A stretch of 64,000 nucleotides of DNA, from the NCBI RefSeq assembly GCF_004010195.1, contig NC_057718.1, positions 63,719,905 to 63,783,904 on the forward strand, read 5' to 3'. The notes below the pieces were generated by a model, which had not been told where the DNA came from, did no database searches, and was given only the letters and a program-made list of their open reading frames with translations. How positions within the stretch are numbered: position 1 is the first letter of the stretch; every line of letters starts with the position of its first letter. Source of the DNA: Chiloscyllium plagiosum. Lineage: Eukaryota. A program made the translations under genes and the position numbers. This document shows, in pieces, positions 21,914 through 33,639 of this stretch.

Positions 21914-24411
21914 TCCAATTCAAAATCCTACAATCTCGAAACTTTACATTTGCAATTTTCAACTTTTGATAATAAACGAGCAGTTTGTAAAGAAATGACT
22001 TGAGTGAAACATTTTATGTATATGGCAGGAGTTAGAGAGCTTATAAGCATGCAATGATTAATCTTCGTGCCTTGTTCTGTCTTTTGCAAACCACATTTTT
22101 TTTTCTGAATTTGCTGCAGAGAGGTCAGAACGCGCGTAGTACAGAATGCGGCAAGCACATGATGATCCCGTTAGGAAATAAGGAGCTATCTACCCAAACT
22201 ACTCACTTCATCATGGAAGATGAGCTGGAAGATAAAAGCTGTATCTCGGGATGTATTTTGAATCGTCAGTTTACACAGGGCGCACATTAGCACAGTGCAG
22301 GTAGCCTTGCAGGGAACCTCAAGCTTTGTTCATAAATATTCATTAATAAACCCGCTCGGATCTGCTATAAAAGGCATAAAGCTTTTGCATTCGCATAAAC
22401 ACGCTAGTTTTTGAGTTTCGGTGCGCTGAGAATTAGAGGCCAACTTTAATTCAAAATGTTACGAAATTCAATCCCTTAATTTCATTTTTTAAAGCATGAA
22501 CTCCTATAGTCTCATTTGATGGATAGATCCTACAGGTGTAAAAATAGCGTTCCATTCAAATGAAGCAATTACAAAAACTGTAATAATTATATCAATCTTT
22601 TTAAATTGTGTTTAATTATCTCTCTTAACCCAACATTGATACAGATTTTTTATCTTTGATAACTTAAAAGAAAACGAATCCCAAGGGATAACATGCAATC
22701 TTAATACTCTTACTATCCCTTAATCTTGATAAAAAAGATACTTGACAGGAAGCCATGCATTTTTAACGCGGGTCCATTTTTGATGCATAGTTTGTGTCTA
22801 CTTAGAGCAATAAACCGCATTGTAATTCATGTTAATGTGACAGAAAAAAACGCGATGTCTCGCTGTGTATTGTGTTGTGGGAGAGGCGATACAAGGGATT
22901 TCCTGCAGATGTGCCATTTACGTATTGCTGACGTCTGTTGGGCCCCACACAGTCTCTTCGGCTTGAGCTGCCTTTAGAGTCTGTACCCGATCTTATGGAA
23001 AATAATAGACAAAGAGTCTCAAGAATAATAAGGCAGTGTCTACTATCAAAGGTTGTGAACATAAGAACGGGCTGTCCTGAAACATTTAAATTTTAAATAA
23101 AATAAATGTAGTTTACATTAGATAAATAGTATAGAAGCAAGTCATTCGATCCAGCAAGTCTTTGCCATGTTTATCCTCTATTTGTAGCCTTCTCCTATCT
23201 TTTCTCATCTAAATCTACTACCCTCACCAGCAGCCCCCAATCTCCCCAAATCTCCTCCCACGGCATTGTCCATTGAACGCATCTATAATATTCACTTCAA
23301 CCATGTCCTGGGATAGTTCCGTATTTTTGCCACTCTGGGTCAAGAAGTAAATTCCTTACTGTACTTATTGTATGAATTCTGGTTTATATTCTAGAAGTCG
23401 TGACATGCAATATTGTAATTTGAAGTAATCGTTCGCCGTTACGAATCTCTAATTTAACTCAAATTTCCTAACATTTACACTGAACATTTTTTTTCATAAA
23501 TGCTATCAATTCAGCAACGAAGTTTGGATCATGCCAGATATTGGGTCAAACCATGAATCTATTCACCTGGTAATTTTAACACAATGTGAACTTAACTGCC
23601 GTGAAAGTGGAACATGTAGTTATTAGCTATTGTGTTACCATGGAAACTTGGCAAACGAATGTATATGTATAAATGCCATTCAACATTAAAATATTTGATT
23701 ATGAATACAGCAGCATGTCTATGTAATGTACAACTTGACAGCAACCATCCCCACCTCCTCCAGCCTTTTCATTATCTTTCAACCACTATAAGACTGATTG
23801 AAATCGCAAAGCTGGTTCTAACTGTTTTGCAATTCCAAATATTATAACAGGCATTGTAAAATATATTAGAAATAAAAGGAGAGCAGTAGATGTTTGTTTA
23901 CGAAGTTTTCACACAGGTACTCAAGCATTTTGAAGTTGCCAAGCATGCAACAAATGTCTATTGAAAATGCATCAAATATGTATATTGGCGGATGTGCTCT
24001 ATTTATTGGCAGTTTAGGGGTCCACGTGGAAAAAAAGGTCACCATCTTGGAATTATTTACAAAATGATCATGCTACAGTCTGCCTTGCAGTATTGCAGAT
24101 ATTAATAGGACTACCTCGTTTCAGGGCAATTTTCCAAATTTAAAAAGGGTTGTGACGTTTTACTTACAAAAGTTAAAACATTCTTCAGTACTTGGACGCT
24201 TTCCCTCAGAATTATTTCCATCAACGGAGAAGTGCCTCTCATCTGCTGATCTTTCTGATGCTTGTTTAATATATCAAATAAAATAACAAGAAAGCCTTTA
24301 ATTTTTTGTTTAAGTTTCGAACTAGATAGGAACCATTATTTTGAGGTTATGTTTCAAGTTTTGACGTCGATTTTTTTTCTGGTAAACGTAACCGGGCTGA
24401 TGTTTTTAATA

Positions 24412-24524
24412 AGTGTTGAGAGTGTGTTGCTGGAAAAGCGCAGCTGGTCAGGCAGCATCCGAGGAGAAGGAAAATCGACGTTTTGGGCCGGAGCCCTTCA
24501 TCAGGAAGCCTCCTCCAAGGATGC
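24412..24524 (-). mobile_element. Short Penelope-derived insertion with degenerate hammerhead-like core
   Basis: Minus strand CTGATGA-A-GGGC-TCCG-GCCC-AAAAC (24481-24504); flanked by near-direct CTGATGTTTTT. Confidence 0.7.
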
Positions 24525-26169
24525 CTGATGTTTTTATAATACAATAATGCGACAAAACTGTAAAATCTCAATGGAATCGTGTATGGAATCGTGTAATTAA
24601 CACGTACAGAGGGACAATGAACTTTAAAATATCAGCAAATTGCTAAAAAAAAGTTATTTCGTTTTAGTTATTTTAACCTTTCTTCCGGTTATGGAGTGTA
24701 AACGCGTTCTTTATGCCAGCCCCTAATGAAGTACGAATTCCGTGTCACTACTCTGCGGGATCAAATTTCCGCAATGCTTTCGCTAAAGGGCAAAGGAATG
24801 ATATTCAGTACGGATGGCTCTTGATGTCTGATTACAGTAATATGAAGGAATCAAATATTTTTAATCGTAAAAAGTTAAGTAGGAAACGAAATATCCGATA
24901 TGACTAAAGTACATATTTTGAAAATAATTGATATGATATTTTCATTTCTATATCAACGACAACTTGTGTTTTCCATCACAATCGCAAAGTTCAAATTGTT
25001 AAAAAAACATTGAATCTAGCAAATTCTCACAGTAGAAATATTCGGAATTTTGTTCTTGAGCTAACTAGGTTTTCATACAATTCCTTAGTTTGTTATTGTG
25101 ACAGTATAAATACAACGTGTTGGATTCAAGTCATCATTAGAACAGGTTTGCACAATCAAGTTGTAATGTGTTTAGGACGTTAATGTCATATTGACAAAAA
25201 AAAATCAAGTGAACAAAGTCGAGACATTCGGAATCCGTTAGATCATCAACTTCAGTTATGCATGTAAATCGCGAAATAAAATCCCCAAAATTGGATACAG
25301 GCTTTTAAATGGGAACAGTTCCATGTCAAAAAACAAACTTCTCCAAAATCTCCTCCTAACTACAATCAGTCTTTTTTGAGAAATCGATAAGATCTGTTTG
25401 ATTACGCAAATCCGTTTAAAATTGCAAACAGGTTGATAAATCTGAATGGTCGAAGAAATACGTCCTGGCCCTGAAATCAGGAGCAATTCTAATTTACAAG
25501 GAATTTTAAACAATTGCGTGCGAGATATAAAAGAAATGTTCCTTACTGTGACAGCAAGTTTCACATATCCTGACAGATAACAAACATTGCTTTCCACTGA
25601 GGCTTTTACTATAATAAATTTGCCAAGTCCACGTACATTACATCAGCAGACAGGCATTTGGGGTGGATGCCTGGAAAAGTGGTAAAGTACAATACTTTTC
25701 TACTGTTTTCTTCATATAAATGAACAAGAATGTATTATTTTTAAACATGACATCCCTATCTGAGTTGACAGAAATGCATGTATGGCCAAAACACATCTGC
25801 AATGATAATGCTCGTACACTTAGTTTAACATTAGAAGAACAGTCGGTATGTTTTTTTTTGCAAAAAGTATATTGTACTTTATTCATAAAATATAAGTACA
25901 TTCCAAAATAATTCACATCAGACATTACAGAAAATACAAGTGAAATATCATATTTCTCAGCTGAGCACTTTGCACTTTTAGATGTCTTGATCCAAATGCA
26001 AAATTTAAACTTTAAATGACAGTTACAATAACTATATACATTCCAATTTCCAGCTATGAGGAGTTCTATAAGTTACCAGCCCCTCACTATGTTATGACAA
26101 AAAGACTTTAGACAGAGGATTCTCACCACAGTGCCTTGTTGATGATTGGCCCAAGGTTAATCAGACCGT

Positions 26170-26487
26170 GGGCGGCACGGTGGCACAGTGGTTAGCACTG
26201 CTGCCTCATAGCGCCAGAGACCCGGGTTCAATTCCCGCCTCAGGCGACTGACTGTATGGAGTTTGCACATTCTCCCTGTGTCTGCGTGGGTTTCCTCCGG
26301 GTGCTCCGGTTTCCTCCCACAATCCAAAAATGTGCAGGTTAGGTGAATTGGCCATGCTAAATTGCCCATAGTGTTGGGTGAAGGGGTAACTGTAGGAGTA
26401 TGGGTCTGGGTGGTATACGCTTCGGCGGGTCGGTATGGACTTGTTGGGCCGAAGGGCCTGTTTCCACACTGTAAGTAATCTAATCTT
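26170..26487 (+). mobile_element. Full-length HE1-type V-SINE
   Basis: tRNA-like head GGCACAGTGGTTAGC...GGTTCAATTCCC, central GGGTTTCCTCCGGGTGCTCCGGTTTCCTCCCAC domain, CR1-derived tail ending (TAATC)n. Confidence 0.92.
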
Positions 26488-26654
26488 AATGCATCCCTTG
26501 ACACATAGTCCTGGACCTTGGAACGTACCAGTCTACAACACTCAGTAAAGAACAACTCTTTGCATTGGAAGATAAACAAAGTATTTCACTGAGTTGATGG
26601 TCTTTGAAGTGCATTTAATGTTTGTCTCAGTGTGCATCACCAGGAAAAGCATGT

Positions 26655-29370
26655 ACAGCAGAGAATCCTGCAGATTGTCGCAGATTCTGAGATTTGGACG
26701 TTTCAGCAAGAACAGAGATGATGGTAAAAGAGGCAGGGGTGTGGCATTGTCAATCAAGGGTAGTATTACAGCAGCTGAGAGAACATTTGGGGATTCACCC
26801 ATTGAGGTAGTTAGAAACAGAAAAGGAGAGGTCACCCTGTTGGGTGTTTTCTATAGGCCTCTGAATTGTTCCGGGGATGTAGAGGAAAGGATAGCAAAGA
26901 TGATTCTTAATAGGAGCAAGAGTAACAGGGTAGTTGTTATGGGGGCTTTAACTTCCCCAGTATTGACTGGGAATACTATAGTTCAACTGGTTTAAATGGG
27001 TCAGTTTTTGTTCAATGTGTGCAGGAGGGTTTTCTGACACAGTATGTAAACAGGTCAACAAGGAGCGATGCCATATTGGATTTGGTACTGGGGAATGAAC
27101 CCAGCCAGGTGTGAGATTTAGAGGTAGGTGAGCACTTTGGCGATAGTGACCATAATTTGGTTACATTTACAATAGCAATGGGCAGGAGTAGGTATATACC
27201 GCAGGGAAAGAGGTATAACTGGGGGAAAGGCAATTATGATGCGATTAGGCAAGATTTAGGATGCATAGGATGGGGAAAAAAACTGCAGGGGATGGGCACA
27301 ATTGAAGCGTGGAGCTTATTCAAGGAACAGCTACTGTGGGTCCTTGATAAATATATACCTGTCAGGCAGGGCGGAAGTTGTCGAGTGCGGCAGCCGTGGT
27401 TTACTAAGGAAGTTGAATCATTTATCAAGAGGAAGAAGAAGGTCGGGAGAGGGAGCCATGGTTTACTAAAGAGGTTGAAGCTCTTGTCAAGAGAAAGAAG
27501 AAGGCTTATGTGAGGATGAGGCATGAAGGCTCAGATAGGGAGCTGGAGAGTTATAAGTTAGCCAGAAAAGATCTAAAGAGAGGGCTAAGGAGAGCCAGGA
27601 GGGGACATGAGAAGTTGTTAGCAAATAGGATCAAGGAAAACCCTAAGGCCTTCTATAGATATATCAGGAATAAGGAAATGACTAGAGTAAGATTAGGGCC
27701 AATCAAAAGTACTAGGGGAAAGTTGTGTGTGGAATCTGAGGACATAGGGGAAGCACTTAATGAATACTTTTCATCAGTATTCACATTGAAAAGGGCAATA
27801 TTAGTGAGAATACAGGCTACAAGATTATATAGGATTGAAGTTGACAAAGAAGAGCTTTTAGCAATTTGGAAGATCTGAAAATAGATAAGACCCCTGGCCC
27901 GGATGAGATTTATCCTCAGATTCTCTGTAAAGCCAAGGAGGAGATTGCAGACCCTTTGGCTTCAATATTTATGTCATCAGTATCAACAGGACAGGTGCCA
28001 GAAGACTGGAGGATAGCAAATGGTGTTCCCTTGTTGAAGAAGGAGAGTTGGGACAGCCCTGGTAAATATAGGCCAGTGAGCCTTACTTCAATTGTGGGTA
28101 ATGTGTTGGAAGAGGTTATAAGATATAGGATTTATTATCATCTGGAAGGGAATAATTTGATTATGGATAGTCAACACGGTTTTGTGAAGGGTAGGTTGTG
28201 TCTCACTAACCTTATTGAGTTCTTTGAGAAGGTGACAAAACAGGTGGATGATGGTAAAGCAGTTGATGTGGTGTATATAGAGTTTCGGGACTGTAAGTGA
28301 TTTAGCAGTTTGGATCAGAAATTGGCTAGCTGAAAGAAGACAGAGGGTGGTGGTTGTTGGGAAATGTTCATTTTGGAGATCAGTTACTAGTGGTGTGCCG
28401 CAAGGATCTCTTTTGGGCCACTGCTGTTTGTCATTTTTATAAATGATTTGGATGTGGGTGTAGAAGGATGGGTTAGTAAATTTGCAGATGACACTAAGGT
28501 AGGCAGAGTTGTCGATAGTGCTGAAGGATGTTGTGGGTTACAGAGGGACATAGATAAGATGCAGAGCTGGGCTGAGAAGTGGCAAATTGAGTTTAATGTG
28601 GAAAAGTGTGAGGTAGTTCACTTTGGAAGAAATAACAGGAATGCAGAGTACTGGGCTAATGGTAAAATACTTGGCAATGTAGATGAACAGAGAGATTTCG
28701 GTGTCCAGGTTCATTAATCCCTGAAAGTTGCCACCCAGGTTGATAGGGTTGATAAGAAGACATATGGTGTGTTGGCACTTATGTGTGGAGTGATTGAGTC
28801 TAGGAGCCATGAGGTCATGCTTCAACTGTACAAGACACACCTGGAGTATTGCGTGCAGTTCTGGTCATCGCATTATAGGAATGATGTGGAAGCTTTGGAA
28901 AGGGTTCAGAGGAGATTTACGAAGATGTTGCCTGGTATGGAAGGAAGGTCTTACAAGGAAAGGCTGAGGGAACTGAGGCTGTTTTCGTTGGAGAGAAGAA
29001 GGTTGAGAGGTGACTTAATCAAGACGTATAAGATAATCATAGGGTTAGATAGGTTGGACAGTGAGAGCTTTTTTCCTCAAATGGTGAAGGCTAACACAAG
29101 GGGACATTGCCTCAAATGGAGAGGTGATAGATTTAGGACAGATATTAGGGGTAGTTTCTTCACTCAGGGAGTAGTAGGGGCATGGAACAGCCTGCCTGCA
29201 ACAGTAGTAGACTCGTCGACGTTAAGGGCATTTAAATGGGCATTGGACATACATACGGATAATAATGGAAAGGTGTAGGTTAGATGGACATCAGGTTATT
29301 TTCACAGGTTGGTGCAACATCAAAGGGCTTGTACTGTGCTGTAAAGGTCTATGTTCTATGTTCTGTGTTC
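26655..29370 (+). mobile_element. CR1/HER1 LINE, about 2.7 kb ORF2 relic (endonuclease + RT) with frameshifts and stops
   Basis: GRGVAL...LLGVFYRP (EN); KTPGPDEIYP, YRPVSLTS, QHGFVKGRLCLTNLIEFF, KFADDTK, LEYCVQFWS (RT); (CTATGTT)n tail. Confidence 0.95.
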
Positions 29371-30699
29371 TTGCAATGCGGCTTGACCAATCCTTCATAA
29401 TACTGGGGATAGGTAGAATGAGATAGCATGTAGTGACACAAGGTGTTTGCATAATGAACATCCAAGCACAGCTTAATTCAGCTGCACACAAAAGGGGACC
29501 AACAGGATGAGGATGATGTTGGGCTTATATCTCCCCCCCTCTATCCAGATGTTTGTACATGGTGTCCTTACATTCATTTCACCTTTGACCTTCAAATGAA
29601 TTAGACGAAAGCTCAGGCCTGGGGACCTATGCTGCGTGCAATAACGTTAAGAGGACCTCTGATCTGATGGCCGGGTTTCTCGGAAGCCATACTCCCATAT
29701 GCCCAATTTCTGCCTCATCGTGTCGATGTGCTCCTCCCAGTTTTTGTTGCATGCCCTAGACCTTCTGTATCATATGGCAGCACCATCAGACAATGTGACC
29801 TAATGGTGTAGGTGATAAAGATTTGTTAGCCCAGTTCCCAAAGAGCATGGTGTCATTCTCGATTTACTTTGGGCCCAAGGTCAGTTCGAGCTGGTCACAA
29901 GATGTTCGTGAGTCTGAGCACCAACAGTGGATTTAAGCAGAAGATGGTGATGTTGCTCAGGAAAGTCTTGACCTGCAAGTTTTCACTACCTGGGATTATC
30001 ACCCCTCTCAAATCCTCATCCTTCCTGATGGATTTGACATAAAGGTTCAAAGTAAACTATGAACAAAGCAGGAGAGAGAGCTTCACTCCAGATTTGATCA
30101 GGAAGATTTCTGATTCTCACCCATTGATTGAGACTGCATTATTGATGTTTGTCAAATGCCATCTGATCCAATTTCACCTTCTCTCCCTAAGGCCGATTGT
30201 AGAGGACACACCCATCAAGTTGATGTGGAGCTGGGCTATCCATTCATATTCTGTGAAAAGCCTTCTCCTGCTCCAGGCTGATGAGGGAATTGTCCATCCA
30301 ACAGCCCTGCACCTTGGCAATCATATCAATAAGTAATATAAGGTTCTTAGGGAACTTCTTGCCCACTACAGCACAGTCCTGGTCTGTGTGAATCACTGAC
30401 CCCAGAGCAGATCTGACCTGGTTGGCGAGGACCTTACAAAGAATTTTGTATTCTACATTCATCAGTGAAACTGGGCATCAATTCCAAATTTTCTCCTTTT
30501 CCCCCTCCTGCGTTTCGATGAAGGTGATGATGCCCGTCCTCATGCTTTCACACAGGCTACTGGCCTGAGGCATGTTCTTGTGCACCTTCAGAAGGTTCTG
30601 GGCAACAGAGGTGAATACAGCTCAGCTCTCACTCTGTGAGTTTTAGTCTTCTCAAAGGACTCAAGAGCCTTGTCAGGCTCTTCAGCGATAGTGGGTTTT

Positions 30700-32210
30700 T
30701 TTATAGATACATAGAAAATAAGAGCAGGAGTAAGCCTTTCAGCTCTTTAAGCCTGCTCCATCATTCAATACCACATTCAACTCAGTACCCTGTTCCTACT
30801 TTCTCCCCATAACCTTTGATCTTTTTAACTCTAAGAACCATTTTTAACTCCTTCTTGATAATATTTAATGTTTGGCATCAACTGCTTTCTGTGGCTAAGA
30901 ATTCCATAGAGTGAAGACATTTCTCTTCATCTCAATTCTAAATGGTTTATTCAATTTCTTAAACTGTGACCCTGGTTCTAGACTCCCTGGTCATTGTGAA
31001 CATCCTGCCTGTGTTCACCTTGTCTAATCCTATTAGAATTTTTATGAGGTTCCCCCATTCTTCCACAGTGCAGTGAATATAGTCCTATTCAATTCAGCCT
31101 CTCTTCATATGTCAAATATGCCATCCCATGAGTCAGTCTGATAAACCTTAGATGCATTCCCTCCATAGCGAGAACATCCTTTCTCAGATAAGGAGACTAA
31201 AACTGCATACAGTTCTCCAGATGTGGTCTCCCCAGGCCCTGCAAAACTGCAGCAAGATATTCCTGCTCCTGTATCTGAATCCTATTACTATGAAAACCAT
31301 AATACCAATTGCTTCTTCACCACATGCTCCACCTGCATGTTTACTTTCAGCAACTAGTATTCAAGGATACCCAGGTCTTTTTGCACCTTTCCCTTTCCAG
31401 TCTATCACTATCAGATAATCTACATTCCTATTTTTGCTACCAAAGTGGATAACATCACACTTAGCCACATCATACTGCTTCTTTCATGCATTGTCCCGCT
31501 CATTCAACTTGTCCAAGTAATGCTGAAACACCTCTGCATCCTCCTCAGAACTCAACCTCCCAATTTGTGCTGTCTGCAAACTTGGAGATATTAAATGTAG
31601 TTTCCTCAAGTAAACCATTAATATGCATTGTGAATAAATGGGGCCTAAGCACCAATCCCCATGGTTTCCCATGAGTACTGCCTGCCACTTGGAAAAAGAC
31701 TTGCTTTTCTGATTAGATTAGATTCCCTACAGTATGGAAACAGGCCCTTCAGCCTAACAAGTCCGTACCAAGCCCCTGAAGAGTAACCTATCCAGACCTA
31801 TTCCCCTACCTAATATTTACCCCGACTAATGCACCTAACACTATGGGCAATTTAGTATGGCCAACTCACCTGACCTGCACATCTTTGCATTGTGGAAGGA
31901 AACAAGACAGCCCAGCGGAAACCCACGCAGACATGGGGAGAATGTGCAAACTCCACACAGACAGTCACCAAAGGCAGGGATTGAAGCTAGGTCCCTGCCG
32001 CTGTGAGGCAGCAGTGCTAACCACTGAGCCACCATTTATTCCCAATCTTTTGCCCAGCAGTTCTGTATCAGTGTCAGTAAACTAACTCCAATCCTATGCA
32101 TTTTCACTTTACATGTGTATTTCTTAGGTAGAACCTCATTGAAAGCCTCTGAAAATCCAAGTTAACCACATCCACTTGCTCCCTTTTGTCAACTTTCCTA
32201 GTTTCTAGAT
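30700..32210 (-). mobile_element. CR1 LINE (second subfamily) with nested HE1 SINE at about 31712-32035 (-)
   Basis: Tail CATAGAAAATAAGAGCAGGAGTA; reverse-strand RT remnants; SINE head and tail motifs. Confidence 0.8.
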
Positions 32211-33019
32211 ACTCCTGCACATCACCAGCTAAGGATCCATGGTAGAGGACAGGTACAATTAGGAGGCCATGCTGTGTGTAGGATTCACATCATACAGTTT
32301 AGTAGAAATGGATTTGCTGATCCTCAAAGTACCAGGGTGCGATAACTTCACTGAGCCATCTTCTTCCTGCATCAGAAACAGGTTATGACTGCTTTTCTGG
32401 AGTCAAAACAATTGCAGCCATCTCTCTATTACCTTCCGAACACCTTTAAAGATGAAGAATGTTTTGTGTTCACTTTGACTGCACTGGAGACGCAAAGAGG
32501 GGTCTCATGGCTCTTCAACCTTTGCAATCCTTATTGACTTCTTCAATGTTCTCTAGGGTCAACACTTTTACATTCAATGCCCACATTTGCTTGCCACGCC
32601 TCTGATCCACCTGTAGGTGACAATCAGCATGGGGCAGACAGTGTTTACAGAAGAACACCAGCTTTATGTCGGTGATTCTGACCACGAATGTTCAACATAC
32701 AAATGGGGAGCCTATTCTGGAGCAGACAGACCTATCTGGCCATATCTCTGCCGCACTCCATCTGCAGGGTTGCTGAAGATATCATGTAGCTTGGTGTCTT
32801 TTTACCGTTTTCATTAGGAGTTTTGATGTGTCTTCCAGTTTACTTACAGTTCCTCCAGATCATCCAGCTGCATCAGTTTATCAGTATGAATCATTTTTAT
32901 TTTGTAAAAAATGTACTTTATTCATAAATTCAGAACTCGCAAGAAACTTCTGTACCCAGAGTGCTGAGAATGTGGAATTCGCTCCCATATGGAGTGGCTG
33001 AAGTGAAATGTATAGATGC

Positions 33020-33212
33020 ATAGAACATAGAACATAGAAAAATACAGCACAGTACAGGCCCTTTGGCCCTCAATGTTGCGGCGATCCAAGCCCACCTAAC
33101 CTACACTAGCCCACTATCCTCCATATGCCTATCCAATGCCCGTTTAAATGCCCATAAAGAGGGAGAGTCCACCACTGCTACTGGCAGGGCATTCCATGAA
33201 CTCACGACTCGT
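33020..33212 (-). mobile_element. CR1 3' tail fragment
   Basis: (TAGAACA)n tail then ACAGCACAGTACAGGCCCTTTGGCCC. Confidence 0.7.
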
Positions 33213-33639
33213 TCATGGGGAAATTAGACAAGCATTGGAAGGAGAAGGGAATTGAGTAAAGCAATGATAATGTTATATGAGGAAGGGAGTTTGAAGTGAA
33301 GCTTAAAGGAATGGTTGGGCTAAATTGATTCTGTGCTGTTTCTCTTATATAATGTAATCTGACATAAACCTACATAACTGAGTAGTAAGGGTCCTGTTTG
33401 TACAGGATTTATACAAAATTACAACCTATAAAGGTATAACTGAATAGTTTCAGGAACAAGGAATATAGTTCAAATAAAGTATAAAAGTAAATATTAAACA
33501 CGTGTAAAGTATCAGGATGGCCATTTAATAGTCATCCAAACTCCAGCACTGGATGAGCGGATTTTTGTACAAATTAAATATTGGAAAGACATTGTTTTCT
33601 GTTCTCACTCAAAGCTCCATTCCCTAATAAATTACTCTA

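Larger units (their letters stand above)
25860..32885 (-). mobile_element. Decayed Tx1/L1-clade LINE ORF2 split by younger insertions (pieces about 25860-26155, 26490-26650, 29375-30690, 32210-32885)
   Basis: RT: NVEYKILCKVLANQVRSALGSVIHTDQDCAVVG...LISLEQEKAFHRI (30244-30462); C-terminal CCRLVRSKVQDYVSRDALRL; AATAAA plus A-rich tail at about 25860-25890; endonuclease-like remnant at about 32600-32880. Confidence 0.75.

Noticed and set aside
26170..26245. tRNA-like sequences at SINE heads (also 698, 37487, 50510, 56625)
   Set aside because: A/B boxes run straight into SINE bodies; not tRNA genes.
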